58,161 bases of DNA from a virus (Duplodnaviria; Caudoviricetes). Positions within the stretch are counted from its first letter, which is position 1. Each line of letters opens with the position of its first letter. The translations under genes and the position numbers were made by a program. The DNA is taken from IMG/VR virus record IMGVR_UViG_3300044825_001220, positions 1 to 58,161 of that record; one strand, given 5' to 3'. This document shows, piece by piece, positions 16,768 to 25,786 of this stretch. Below the pieces are notes generated by a model that worked only from the letters and a program-made list of their open reading frames with translations, was not told the DNA's origin and searched no databases.

Positions 16768-19232
16768 TACGATTTACTCCTCTCGGGTTGACGTTGTGGG
16801 CGACTCATTTGCGCTCTGTCTTTGGCAATCTGGACACCGAGCTTGGCACCTTCGAGCTCAAGATTCTTATTGAGCTTGTCTTTTGCGGCGGCTGCGTTGG
16901 CAGCAACCTGCATAGCGGCAATTTCTTTCTGCGCCGCAATCCGCGCCATCTCAACCTCAAGCTGATCGGCCTTGGCTGCGGCATCGGTGGCCTGCTTCTG
17001 CGCTTTAAGTTCAAGGTCCTTCATCTTCAACTGCAACTCTTGCATCTGCATCTGGACCACCGGGTCCTGCATCTGCTGCTGGGCTGCGGCCTGCTGGGCC
17101 TCCTGCTGATCACGCTGGAGCAACTGCTGCGACGCTTGGGCTGCTTTGATGGCAATCTGATCGGCCATCTCCGGGGGCACCTGCTTATTGGCCTCCTCAC
17201 CGGGCAGCACCATACCCATCGCCTCTTCAATCTGACGGCGATACTCCATCGCAACATGCTCATTGATGTGGGCCATCGCAGCCGCAAAAATCTGCTGCGC
17301 CATCGGATTACCCTGGATGACCTGCTGAATCTTCGGGTTCTGGATCGCAGCCATGTGGACCTGAATGTGGGCCTGATGGTTCTGCTCAATGAACGCTTTG
17401 ACCGGCTTGTTGGTCAGCAGGTTCTGGTTCTCCGTGATGGGGTCCATCGGCACCATGTCGTCCTCGATGGGCACGAGCTTGGCTGCGTTCTTGATACCGA
17501 GCACCTCGATCATCTGGCGGTGGAGCAGCGGCATGTTGTAAAGCTGCGGCGAACCCTGCGCAAGCTGGAAGACCGCCTGATACTGCACGATCTTCTGGGC
17601 CATCGTGGCAGCGTTGGGATCGCTCACCGGGATGACATCAACCATGTCGTAGTCGGACTTCTTGGCCTTGCGGGAGCCATCGACCGGCTCGTAGTCATAC
17701 TCCTCGGGCGTATAGTCTGCAATGATGACTTTGAGGAGCTTGAACTCCTGCTTCATCGAGAAGTGCATCCGCGCCTGAACCGCGCCCATCACCTTCAACT
17801 GCCGCTCCAGCAGGGCCAGAGTCGTACCCACCGGGGCGTTGGCCGACATGTCACTGACGCTCATGTCGCCAGCGGAAGCAAACTGACGGCCCTCCGTCAC
17901 GATCTGATTGAACAGCGTGTAGAGAACCTGAGACGGCTCTTTGTACGGCAGCGGCAGGATGTTGTCGCGGATGGAGCCCGAGGGCACATCTACGTCTCGG
18001 AACTCTCCTGGCGCGATGGGAGTGTCATCACCTTTAACGCGAAGCCCCCGTGACTTAAGTCCTCCGGGGAGATTCGAGAGAGTGCCCGCATCAACCAGTT
18101 GACGGATGAGCATGGTAGCGGACTTAGCGTAACCTCCAATGAGATGGATAAGCCCGTAGCCGTAGAACCCGAAGCCGGGGATGTATTGGTAGTGGACGAA
18201 GTGCTGACGTTTGAGGTGGAGTTGGTCGTCTTCATACCAATTACGGCGAATAGCCAGAATCTTGCTGGTGCCCTTCTCAATAGTGATCACGTACGGCAAC
18301 GCGATCCCAGTGGGCTCACCCTTCTTATTCTTGTGCTCAAACCCAGGCAAGTCAAGATCAACGTGCATCTCAAGGATGCGGAACCGATCATCCTGTATCG
18401 CAGACATGCCGGTCTCTTCGGCCTTCTGCTTCTCAATGTCATCAAGCTGGTGAGACGGCTCACCCAGGTCTACATCAACGTAGAACCCGGCCTCCATCAA
18501 CTTAATGATCTCGTTCTTGGTCTTGCGCATCACATGCGTAACGCGCTCAGCCTTCTCAATACTGGACGCACCGTACGGCACCACGATGTCTTCTGCGGGG
18601 ATGAACATCGCCACCTGCCGCCCAAGGCTCGGGTCGTAGTACACCTTCTTGAACGCGCTGCCCGCAATCGGCAGGTTCCACAGCAGCTTCTCGTGCTCCG
18701 GGCGGTACTCGACCATCACTTCGGTAAGCTGGTAGTTCATGTCGTCGCGCACCCGCGCTGCCGCCTCCTCGACCTCAGGAGTGTCCTTACCAATAATCGT
18801 AGTCTTGACAGGGCCTGCGGCGGGGAACGTCTCCGTGATCCCCTCACTCTGGAACCGCACCACGCTCTCAGTCAGCATGGGGTGGAACACACCACACGCC
18901 CCGTTCCACGGCTCGGTACGCTCTTCGTACTTCAGACCCAGTAGCTTGAGCCCCTCAACAAAGGTCTGCATCCAGTCCTTGCGATCTTGGATGTCCTTAT
19001 CGAAGTCCTCTACAAGCTCCGAACCCAGCGAGTCCAACTCACCAGAGTCCATGTAATCTGCGAGGTTGGCGTCAAAGTCCTCCGCCGTCTCCTTGCGTGG
19101 TGTGAGTTCAATCTCAATGTCACCCATGCCAATGCGCACCTCCTCGGGGTCCTCGATCTCAATCTCGATGGGAGGGCCAACCTCCTCCATCATCCCCAGA
19201 GGCGCTGCATACAAACCTTTGTCAATCGCCAT
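16767..19232 (-). CDS. Portal protein (podovirus type, Gln-rich C-terminal barrel)
   Basis: 821 aa directly after terL; GSAFKKVYYD, PGFGFYGYG, long Q-rich coiled coil. Confidence 0.85.
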   Translation of the reverse strand: MAIDKGLYAAPLGMMEEVGPPIEIEIEDPEEVRIGMGDIEIELTPRKETAEDFDANLADYMDSGELDSLGSELVEDFDKDIQDRKDWMQTFVEGLKLLGLKYEERTEPWNGACGVFHPMLTESVVRFQSEGITETFPAAGPVKTTIIGKDTPEVEEAAARVRDDMNYQLTEVMVEYRPEHEKLLWNLPIAGSAFKKVYYDPSLGRQVAMFIPAEDIVVPYGASSIEKAERVTHVMRKTKNEIIKLMEAGFYVDVDLGEPSHQLDDIEKQKAEETGMSAIQDDRFRILEMHVDLDLPGFEHKNKKGEPTGIALPYVITIEKGTSKILAIRRNWYEDDQLHLKRQHFVHYQYIPGFGFYGYGLIHLIGGYAKSATMLIRQLVDAGTLSNLPGGLKSRGLRVKGDDTPIAPGEFRDVDVPSGSIRDNILPLPYKEPSQVLYTLFNQIVTEGRQFASAGDMSVSDMSANAPVGTTLALLERQLKVMGAVQARMHFSMKQEFKLLKVIIADYTPEEYDYEPVDGSRKAKKSDYDMVDVIPVSDPNAATMAQKIVQYQAVFQLAQGSPQLYNMPLLHRQMIEVLGIKNAAKLVPIEDDMVPMDPITENQNLLTNKPVKAFIEQNHQAHIQVHMAAIQNPKIQQVIQGNPMAQQIFAAAMAHINEHVAMEYRRQIEEAMGMVLPGEEANKQVPPEMADQIAIKAAQASQQLLQRDQQEAQQAAAQQQMQDPVVQMQMQELQLKMKDLELKAQKQATDAAAKADQLEVEMARIAAQKEIAAMQVAANAAAAKDKLNKNLELEGAKLGVQIAKDRAQMSRPQRQPERSKS

Positions 19233-19241
19233 GATGGCTCC

Positions 19242-20783
19242 TTACACTGTGTAGAACCGCTCTCGGCGGTGACTCTTGAACCAATGAATCTCTTCGGGCT
19301 CGTCTGTGGGTAGACGCAACAACCCGCCCTGCCTGAACCGCATCAACGCCAGCGTGGTGGCGTCTACCAAGTCATCATGCTCCCCGTTGGGAAACTCTGC
19401 AATTTCATCGACCAACTCCTCGGCCCAACGCGTGCGAGGAACCCACACCTTACCAGACGCAATTATGTCGGAGACCGCATTCAAGCGGGCAATTTTGTCC
19501 TGGCCCTTACTTGGCGTGAACTCCTGAACCGGGACCCCCATCGCCCGCAGGTCGTAAATCAGCGGTGCCCCAGAGGCTTTCTTCTCCACAATCAGCGCGT
19601 CGGGCTCGTAATCCCGGTACTCTGCGAGCACGTCTTTCTTCAGGTCCGGGAACTCAACGCGCTTCTTATACGTATTGAGCAGGATGATGTTGGGCCTGTT
19701 GCCATCCTTGGGATTACTGAAAATCCCCCACGTCGTGCCCGCTGAATAGTCAGCCCGCTGCGTCTTCTCGAACGCCGTATCCCACGACTGCAAGATGAAC
19801 TCACACTGCGGTGGGTCGTCTTCTTCCCACCACTGCCACCAGTCGCGCTTGATGATGGCCGACTCGTTACCAATCGGGTTCTGCTGGTACTGTGCCTGCC
19901 ACTTGGCATTGGGCAACTCGTCCTGCAACGCCTTGAGCTCGTCAAAACTCCAGAACTCAGGCCACAGCGGGTTGCCCGAGGGCATGATGGCGGGGAACTC
20001 AATGACCTCCCACTGCTCACCCCCACGTCCGGCCGCCGCTTTGAGCACCTGTCCCGTCAAATCCCGCTGCGCCCAGCGAGTCATCACGATCACGATGGCC
20101 CCACCGGGCTGGAGACGCTGGCGTGGCCCCGATGTGTACCACTCGTACACCTTGTCGTAGATGTCCGGGTTGGTCGCCGCCAGCGCAGCCTCCTGTTCAG
20201 AGTGCGGATCGTCGATGATCAGCAGGTGGGCACCCTTACCAGTGACCGTACCGCCCACACCGATGGCGAAATAGTCGCCGCCCTTGGACGTATTCCACCT
20301 TCCAGCAGCTTTTGAGTCCGCCTGAAGCTCCAAATTCGGAAAAATGTCCTTGTACGCCTCAGAATCAACCAAATTTCGTACTTTTCGACCAAAACCGACC
20401 GCTAATTCGCCAGTATTAGAACTTTGGATTACTTTTTTGTTCGGAAACCGACCCAAAAACCACGCCGGGAGCAGATACGAGGCAAATTCCGACTTCGTAT
20501 GCCGTGGCGGCATGTTGATGATGAGCCGTTTGCACTCGCCATTGGCCACTCGCTCGAACGCTTTGGCCATAATCTTGTGGTGACGCCCGCCAATGAAGTC
20601 CGGCCAGACCTTATTGACGAACCCCAGAAACGTATCGCGGGCTTTTTCCTTCTCTAACAGCTTCTCCCGGCGCTCCAAGTCCTCCAAAATGAGTACTTTC
20701 TTCGCCTCCGGCAGCTTATCAAGCTGCGAAAGGAGTACTTTTAGCTCCTCATCAAGCGTAGAAACCTGCGTTTCATACCGCAT
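19242..20783 (-). CDS. terL: Terminase large subunit
   Basis: INMPPRHTKS (Walker A variant), LLIIDDP (Walker B), VMTRW, QSWDTA, HDDLVD nuclease motifs; start reassigned to MRYE. Confidence 0.92.
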   Translation of the reverse strand: MRYETQVSTLDEELKVLLSQLDKLPEAKKVLILEDLERREKLLEKEKARDTFLGFVNKVWPDFIGGRHHKIMAKAFERVANGECKRLIINMPPRHTKSEFASYLLPAWFLGRFPNKKVIQSSNTGELAVGFGRKVRNLVDSEAYKDIFPNLELQADSKAAGRWNTSKGGDYFAIGVGGTVTGKGAHLLIIDDPHSEQEAALAATNPDIYDKVYEWYTSGPRQRLQPGGAIVIVMTRWAQRDLTGQVLKAAAGRGGEQWEVIEFPAIMPSGNPLWPEFWSFDELKALQDELPNAKWQAQYQQNPIGNESAIIKRDWWQWWEEDDPPQCEFILQSWDTAFEKTQRADYSAGTTWGIFSNPKDGNRPNIILLNTYKKRVEFPDLKKDVLAEYRDYEPDALIVEKKASGAPLIYDLRAMGVPVQEFTPSKGQDKIARLNAVSDIIASGKVWVPRTRWAEELVDEIAEFPNGEHDDLVDATTLALMRFRQGGLLRLPTDEPEEIHWFKSHRRERFYTV

Positions 20784-21525
20784 CGGGGGTCTCCGGCGGC
20801 TGCTGAGCGGGCGGGGCGGGCTCAACCTCTTCAACCATCTCAAGCGGGGGCTTTGTCCCCAACTCTGCATCGATGTCAATGTCCACAGGCGACAAATCCG
20901 CACCGTGAGCCAACAACATTTTGCGAACTTTGTCCTTGATGGCGTTGTCGATGTCTGCAACTGAGTTGTAGGTGACCGTGATCTCGGTCTTCTCCGTAAA
21001 CAGCCCCACGTCGCTAATCTTGCCGAGCATCTCCGCTGCTTTAATTTCTATGCGCGGATCACCGCACATCGACAAGTCAAGCAGCTTGTTGGTCACAACC
21101 ATGCGAAGCTCCGCTGCGTCTGCAACGGTGTGACTGTTGTACTCGTTGAGCATCGTGCGGATGCGCTCCGCTACGTTGCCTTGGTACAGCGATGGGGGAT
21201 TTACGGACTCTGCGCGTGGGGTTGGCGAAGTCTCGGCGGTCGCATACTTCCTAGGTCTGCCGCCCTTGTTCTTGGCGGGCTTGGCTGGCTGCTCTGGCGC
21301 AATCGCATCCTCGAACTGCTGCTTCGCCCGCTCTGAAAAAGCACGGAACACCTCGTCCGCCATCTCAGTGTCTGCTTGCGAGACCTCGCCGGGCGGGCGT
21401 AACTCGGAAAGGAGCGCCGCTGTGTCCGCCGCGATCTGCATGTTTTCGCGCAGGGTCGTTGCGGCCTCGGGCGCGTCGCCCGCTGGATAAGGCACAGTCC
21501 TATCAGGTCGAATCTGTAGTGTCAT
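20773..21525 (-). CDS. Putative terminase small subunit
   Basis: Directly upstream of terL; GGRPRK; IKAAEMLGKISDVGLF. Confidence 0.6.
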   Translation of the reverse strand: MTLQIRPDRTVPYPAGDAPEAATTLRENMQIAADTAALLSELRPPGEVSQADTEMADEVFRAFSERAKQQFEDAIAPEQPAKPAKNKGGRPRKYATAETSPTPRAESVNPPSLYQGNVAERIRTMLNEYNSHTVADAAELRMVVTNKLLDLSMCGDPRIEIKAAEMLGKISDVGLFTEKTEITVTYNSVADIDNAIKDKVRKMLLAHGADLSPVDIDIDAELGTKPPLEMVEEVEPAPPAQQPPETPDAV

Positions 21526-21551
21526 GGCACCGAGTAATCGGGAATGCGCGG

Positions 21552-21581
21552 AATGTAACAGAAATATATAGTACTACGCAA
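21552..21581 (-). promoter_or_regulatory. Putative late-arm promoter
   Basis: TTGCGT-18 bp-TACATT with TGn extension, upstream of terS. Confidence 0.45.
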
Positions 21582-22010
21582 GGAGAAATTTGGGTCCCCT
21601 TGACGGGGGGTGTTTCTGTGTGGCGATGCCCGCTTCGCCCGCTGGAAATTGAAAGGGGGTGGGGGGGGTCTAGTTTTGCACCGGTTTTTGCTGATCGGGT
21701 GTGCAAAACACTATGTATATGTCCTGGGCCCCCCAACTGCACGTATTCGGGCCCCCGGGGAGGCTTGCCCTCTGGCGCGGCGGGCTTAGAACCCCTGACC
21801 CCGGCTGCGCTCGCTCCGTCATGGCGGTAGTTCGGCGCACGGCGTTCGCGTTTTTTCGGGCGTTCCGCGCATTGCCCGCCGTGTTCGCGCCCAGGCCTCC
21901 CGTGTTCCTGGCCCGCCTCGAGGGTCGCGGTCAGGCGTGGGGAATCCCCCCAAACTCTGTCAGTTTGATATAGTAACACCATGGACAGACGGGGTGATGC
22001 CCGCTGTGCT

Positions 22011-22042
22011 GAACAAACCGACAACCCCCTGTCGGATTGTTC
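22011..22042. repeat. Palindromic motif copy 1 (6-bp spacer)
   Basis: GAACAAACCGACA accccc TGTCGGATTGTTC. Confidence 0.8.
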
Positions 22043-22080
22043 GGGCGCTGTGCCCGTTCTTTATTGAAAGGAAAAACATC

Positions 22081-22752
22081 ATGGCTAAATCTATTCCTGT
22101 TGTCGCGGCTCAGTCTGCGATCCCCGGTGTCAATGAAGCCCCTGTGGCTGAAGCGGCTGTGGTTCTCTCACCCTCGGAACTCGAGACAATCGAGCAGTTG
22201 GGGCGCGACTACTGGATGGCCGAGGACGCCAAAGCGGTCGCGGATCGCAAGCTGAGCCAATGTGACGTGGCGCTTTTCGATATCGTCAAAGGCGTCAGCT
22301 ATCGGCGCTTCATGGCGATCCGTGCGGCCTACGTCACGGGATGCCGGGACAAAGGCGCGGCTACTGATGAAGCGGCGGCCAAAGTGTGGGAGCGCGCAAT
22401 CAATCGCATTGGCAATTCGTGCGGTTTCGAGCGTCCCAAAGCTGAGTCGGAAGCGGCAAAGCGCATGGCGGCTAAGCGGGAAGCGCTGGCCAAGCAGTTC
22501 GAGTCCAAGACGGACGGCGAGTTGATCGAACAGCGCAATGCCCTCGTGGCCTTTGGCGATACTAAGTCGCTGAAGCAGGCGACAGAGATTGCCAAAGAGA
22601 TCGAGCGGCGCGAAAAGCCCGTACTGGATGAGGCGCAAAACCAGCGGGTGGCCGTGCGTGACAAGCTGATTGCCCGTGCCAAGGAATTGTGCAAGGCGGG
22701 CACGGCGGATGCGGATGACAAGATGATCCGCGCCCTTCAGGCTATGTCGTAA
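22081..22752 (+). CDS. First early gene, helical hypothetical protein
   Basis: SD GAAAGGA before ATG 22081 (MAKSIPVV). Confidence 0.75.
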   Translation: MAKSIPVVAAQSAIPGVNEAPVAEAAVVLSPSELETIEQLGRDYWMAEDAKAVADRKLSQCDVALFDIVKGVSYRRFMAIRAAYVTGCRDKGAATDEAAAKVWERAINRIGNSCGFERPKAESEAAKRMAAKREALAKQFESKTDGELIEQRNALVAFGDTKSLKQATEIAKEIERREKPVLDEAQNQRVAVRDKLIARAKELCKAGTADADDKMIRALQAMS

Positions 22753-22768
22753 CCCGAGCGGGCATATC

Positions 22769-22960
22769 ATGAGAGACATTCATGCTGTGCCCGCCATCGG
22801 GCGGGACTACAAATCCATGGCGGCTGTCAAAGCCGATTGGGCGGCGGGCAAGGATTTTCGTTGCACTCTAACCGGGCGCTATTTTAGCGTACGGGATAAT
22901 TTGCCCTGCGAAGTCTGGGTGCGCTACGCCCGCATGACCAAAGTCGTTAGAGTTAAGTAA
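22769..22960 (+). CDS. Small phage hypothetical protein
   Basis: GRDYKS...ADWAAGKDF motif; followed by terminator. Confidence 0.7.
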   Translation: MRDIHAVPAIGRDYKSMAAVKADWAAGKDFRCTLTGRYFSVRDNLPCEVWVRYARMTKVVRVK

Positions 22961-22966
22961 ATTATT

Positions 22967-23003
22967 GGCCCTCGGTGCTTCGGCGCTGAGGGCCGTTTTT
23001 TTT
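22967..23003 (+). terminator. Rho-independent terminator
   Basis: GGCCCTCGGTGC TTCG GCGCTGAGGGCC + 8 T. Confidence 0.85.
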
Positions 23004-23077
23004 GGCCCGCGTGGCCCGCCCGGACTGACTCGGCGGCGGCGCGGGCGGCGCTGAGCGTAGTTCCTGATAGTAGTTCC

Positions 23078-23103
23078 GGAGGATCGGTGGAGGATCGGTG
23101 GAG
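23078..23103 (+). repeat. 11-bp tandem repeat
   Basis: GGAGGATCGGT x2 plus GGAG. Confidence 0.8.
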
Positions 23104-23180
23104 CTTGCGCGGCAAGCTATGCTGGCGTAAGGGTTGTTTGCCGTGAAGCATCGGCGTAGTCTGCGCGGCGGGCGGGGCCG

Positions 23181-23207
23181 AACAAAGCGACAAAGTGTCG
23201 GATTGTT
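23181..23207. repeat. 27-bp palindromic motif copy 2
   Basis: AACAAAGCGACA aag TGTCGGATTGTT. Confidence 0.85.
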
Positions 23208-23515
23208 TACCTTGAGTTTCTATGCACAGGGGCGCTGACGCCTCGCCCGCCTCGCCTAGTGTACCTAAGTACTACTTTTAACCATATCAAACTCGGCACA
23301 TTTACAAAACGTGTAATACCGGCAAAGCGGGCCCCGCTGGCATCGCGGCTTCCCCAGTAAGCAGCTACTGACTAATGTTGTTAAACGGACTTGATTTCCT
23401 GGCTAATATATCATTTATTCATCCTAAGCATATCTTATTCGCCATGCCCGCATCGGCAAACCGTTGATTTTCCTAGCTTTCTTCTTCTTTACTTTAAATA
23501 AAATAAATAATATAT

Positions 23516-23646
23516 GATGTTGTTCCTGACTTGGGGGTATAGAGAACAAAGCACCAGTTCACCCCCACGCCCATGCCTACCCGACCCCCACCCCCTCGCT
23601 TTTCCCGCCCCTTCTTTCCCTATTCCTCAAAGTCTGGAACAACATC
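23516..23646. repeat. Long inverted repeat in AT-rich region (candidate origin)
   Basis: GATGTTGTTCCTGACTT (23516-32) vs AAGTCTGGAACAACATC (23630-46), 16/17 complementary. Confidence 0.7.
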
Positions 23647-23685
23647 TTTTATTTTTTATCAAACCCTTTTTTACCCTTGATTTTA

Positions 23686-23713
23686 TTGACTTTCGCCCCG
23701 AGTATGATATGCT
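23686..23713 (+). promoter_or_regulatory. Putative sigma70 promoter
   Basis: TTGACT-16 bp-TATGCT with TGn extension. Confidence 0.4.
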
Positions 23714-23769
23714 TACCCCGCAAGTTTTGTTATCTTGCCGGTTAACTCTATCAAACTCAAGGAGCCACC

Positions 23770-24501
23770 ATGGGACGCCCAATCCGCTACGCCAACGCCG
23801 ACAACCTCCTCGCCAACTGCACCATCAAGGACGACTGCTTTCTCTGGCCCGAGTCCTCAACCCCCATGCCGATGCTCAGCCCCGCATCGCCTCTGACCAA
23901 GCAGTTCGGTACATCCTCTGTTGTGCGTATCCTATTCTCTATCTGTAGGTACGTACCGGCGGGTCCACGGCTGGTGCGTCGATGCAGCCACCGCTTCTGC
24001 GTCAACCCGTACCACTACTCCGAGGCCAAAGAGTTCCGCGCTCGGCGGGCGAAGCTCACCGACCCCCATGGACTCCTGCCCGAGCAGGAGGGCTCGCGCC
24101 ACCTCATCGCCCCGCCCGACGAGGTTCTCTATTCCATGCGCCCGACTGACCCATTTCACGTTAAGGTTCTGATGGACGCGGCGGTCATGGCGGGCTTCGA
24201 CGCCAAGGGCATCGTGAACAAGCGCAGTTACGCACCGATCCCCAAGCCCGAGCCCCGCTACGCCGACCCCCAGAAGCCTGTGCTTGTCGTGCGCGGCAAG
24301 GCCAAGCCCGCCTCGAGCCCAGACGGCGGCTCCCTCGACGATATCGAGGAGTCCTTGGGGAAAACCCACAACCCTCGGGACTTCCCACCCACCCAAGACC
24401 AGCGTGATTTGGACAGCATCTTCAGCCTCATCCACCACCGGGACCGCCTCCTCGAAGCGGGCGTAGCGAAAACCCACGGTGCGGAACAGCCTGGAAACTA
24501 G
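23770..24501 (+). CDS. HNH/His-Me finger-like protein, catalytic His apparently missing
   Basis: CFLW...LVRRCSHRFCVNPYH; SD AAGGAG. Confidence 0.65.
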   Translation: MGRPIRYANADNLLANCTIKDDCFLWPESSTPMPMLSPASPLTKQFGTSSVVRILFSICRYVPAGPRLVRRCSHRFCVNPYHYSEAKEFRARRAKLTDPHGLLPEQEGSRHLIAPPDEVLYSMRPTDPFHVKVLMDAAVMAGFDAKGIVNKRSYAPIPKPEPRYADPQKPVLVVRGKAKPASSPDGGSLDDIEESLGKTHNPRDFPPTQDQRDLDSIFSLIHHRDRLLEAGVAKTHGAEQPGN

Positions 24502-24533
24502 GCGAACCCGAGCCTCTATTGGCGAACATGGAC

Positions 24534-24562
24534 TTGACAAAGTCCAATTTATATGGTACAAT
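24534..24562 (+). promoter_or_regulatory. Strong sigma70 promoter
   Basis: TTGACA-17 bp-TACAAT. Confidence 0.8.
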
Positions 24563-24612
24563 GTACGAAGTACATTGAGCGCTAGGGGGCGGCAATGTAC
24601 GACGTGACGTAG

Positions 24613-24639
24613 AACTCTCCGACACCGTGTCGCTTTGTT
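24613..24639. repeat. 27-bp palindromic motif copy 3
   Basis: AACTCTCCGACA ccg TGTCGCTTTGTT, between promoter and RBS. Confidence 0.85.
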
Positions 24640-24673
24640 CTAGACCAGCAACTTTCCTATATTGGAGGATACG

Positions 24674-24901
24674 ATGACCACCACATTGACTTTTGCCCAG
24701 CTGCGTGAAGTGCAGCTCCCCCTGAACATAAGGAACGTAAGCATCTACCCGAACGGGCGGATGTACGTGTCATTCGACAACCCGTCGAATGACCTCCGGG
24801 CTACTAAGCCCTGGAGTTCCGAGGTTACCCTGGACAAGGCCAAAGTTTTGTTTGCCCACCTCGGCACCGGAGTCCACCCTGTTCGCGCCGTCTGGGGGTG
24901 A
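24674..24901 (+). CDS. Hypothetical early protein
   Basis: SD GGAGG. Confidence 0.7.
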   Translation: MTTTLTFAQLREVQLPLNIRNVSIYPNGRMYVSFDNPSNDLRATKPWSSEVTLDKAKVLFAHLGTGVHPVRAVWG

Positions 24902-24904
24902 GCG

Positions 24905-25108
24905 ATGACCGATGACCGACTAATCGAACTGCACAACAGTATTGTTGACTACGTGCAGTACTACGCAGACGGGGTGCTCACGCTGCCCGAGTTCGCCGCC
25001 CGCATCGCGGCAATCCACAACGAGTTGACCGCCGACAGCCCCATCGGGCTGCTCGACCCCGTCAGCGGGCTGCGCCTCGTTCAGGAGTACTGCCATGGAC
25101 CCGTTTGA
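24905..25108 (+). CDS. Hypothetical early protein
   Basis: Operon packing. Confidence 0.6.
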   Translation: MTDDRLIELHNSIVDYVQYYADGVLTLPEFAARIAAIHNELTADSPIGLLDPVSGLRLVQEYCHGPV

Positions 25109-25202
25109 TTTCTCTGGCCCCGGGCGGGCGTGGCGCATCGTGCTGCTGCTTGCAATCGTGGTCGTGCTGTGCCTCGACCTGTTCGTGTGGAGGCCGCTAT
25201 GA
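25095..25202 (+). CDS. 35-aa single-TM peptide
   Basis: Manual read MDPFDFSGPGRAWRIVLLLAIVVVLCLDLFVWRPL; SD AGGAG; ATGA overlap with next gene. Confidence 0.6.
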   Translation: MDPFDFSGPGRAWRIVLLLAIVVVLCLDLFVWRPL

Positions 25203-25423
25203 GTGACTTCTTTGAATGTGAGTGCTGTGGCGATGACGTTCACTCTGCCCGCTGGGCACTCGACTACCGCGTTTGTCTCAAGTGCGGTGATCTGCTTGCA
25301 GAGGATGCCCGGGCTTCGTGGTGCATCGTGCAAGAGTACGGCAAGGGCCCGTACCAGTTTGTGACCGCCGCGTCCGCTCCCCGGACTCTGCTGGACACGA
25401 ACCAGAAGTGCCCTCGTTCCTAA
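25199..25423 (+). CDS. C4 zinc-finger protein (DksA/TraR-finger-like)
   Basis: CECCGDDVHSARWALDYRVCLKCG; SD GGAGG. Confidence 0.65.
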   Translation: MSDFFECECCGDDVHSARWALDYRVCLKCGDLLAEDARASWCIVQEYGKGPYQFVTAASAPRTLLDTNQKCPRS

Positions 25424-25459
25424 CTTTCCGTCACTTTTGTCGGATTGTTTCTTCCAACC
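25422..25459. repeat. Palindromic motif copy 4 within a 37-38 bp direct repeat
   Basis: AACTTTCCGTCA cttt TGTCGGATTGTT TCTTCCAACC. Confidence 0.85.
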
Positions 25460-25475
25460 AACTTTGGAGAGAGTA

Positions 25476-25718
25476 ATGATTGAAACCATCGTAGGAAAAA
25501 CCATCGCCGGCGTTCGCTACGTCGACCCGTGGAGCCGAGGGCTGACCATCGTGTTCACCGACGGCACCAAGCTGCGCGTCGATGAGCGGATGCAGGCGGG
25601 CGAGATCAATGTGGAGCTCAACAACGAGCCCGTTTCATATGGGGTGCAGGCGGGCGAGATCAATGTGGCGCTCAACAACGAGCCCGTTTCATATGAGCGG
25701 GATTTGGAGCAGGAATAA
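25476..25718 (+). CDS. Hypothetical protein with 18-aa tandem duplication
   Basis: MIETIVGKTI...; QAGEINVxLNNEPVSY x2. Confidence 0.65.
   Translation: MIETIVGKTIAGVRYVDPWSRGLTIVFTDGTKLRVDERMQAGEINVELNNEPVSYGVQAGEINVALNNEPVSYERDLEQE
25591..25695 (+). repeat. 54-bp-period tandem duplication
   Basis: 25591-25641 and 25645-25695 differ at one base. Confidence 0.9.
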
Positions 25719-25730
25719 ACCCCACCAGCA

Positions 25731-25767
25731 AACTTTCCGTCATTCTGTCGGATTGTTTCTTCCAACC
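25731..25767. repeat. Palindromic motif copy 5 within the direct repeat
   Basis: AACTTTCCGTCA ttc TGTCGGATTGTT TCTTCCAACC. Confidence 0.85.
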
Positions 25768-25786
25768 TTTGTATCAAGGACTAAAA

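Noticed and set aside
16683-18944. Long antisense ORFs (e.g. 16683..18053, 18099..18944; also 13173, 43278, 40712)
   Set aside because: Shadow frames of GC3-biased genes; no SD or protein-like features
20784-20960. N-terminal extension of terL in the ORF track
   Set aside because: Overlaps terS extensively; ATG at 20783 is the more plausible start
23003-23370. tRNA or known ncRNA in the non-coding stretch
   Set aside because: No cloverleaf or T-loop consensus recognisable by eye
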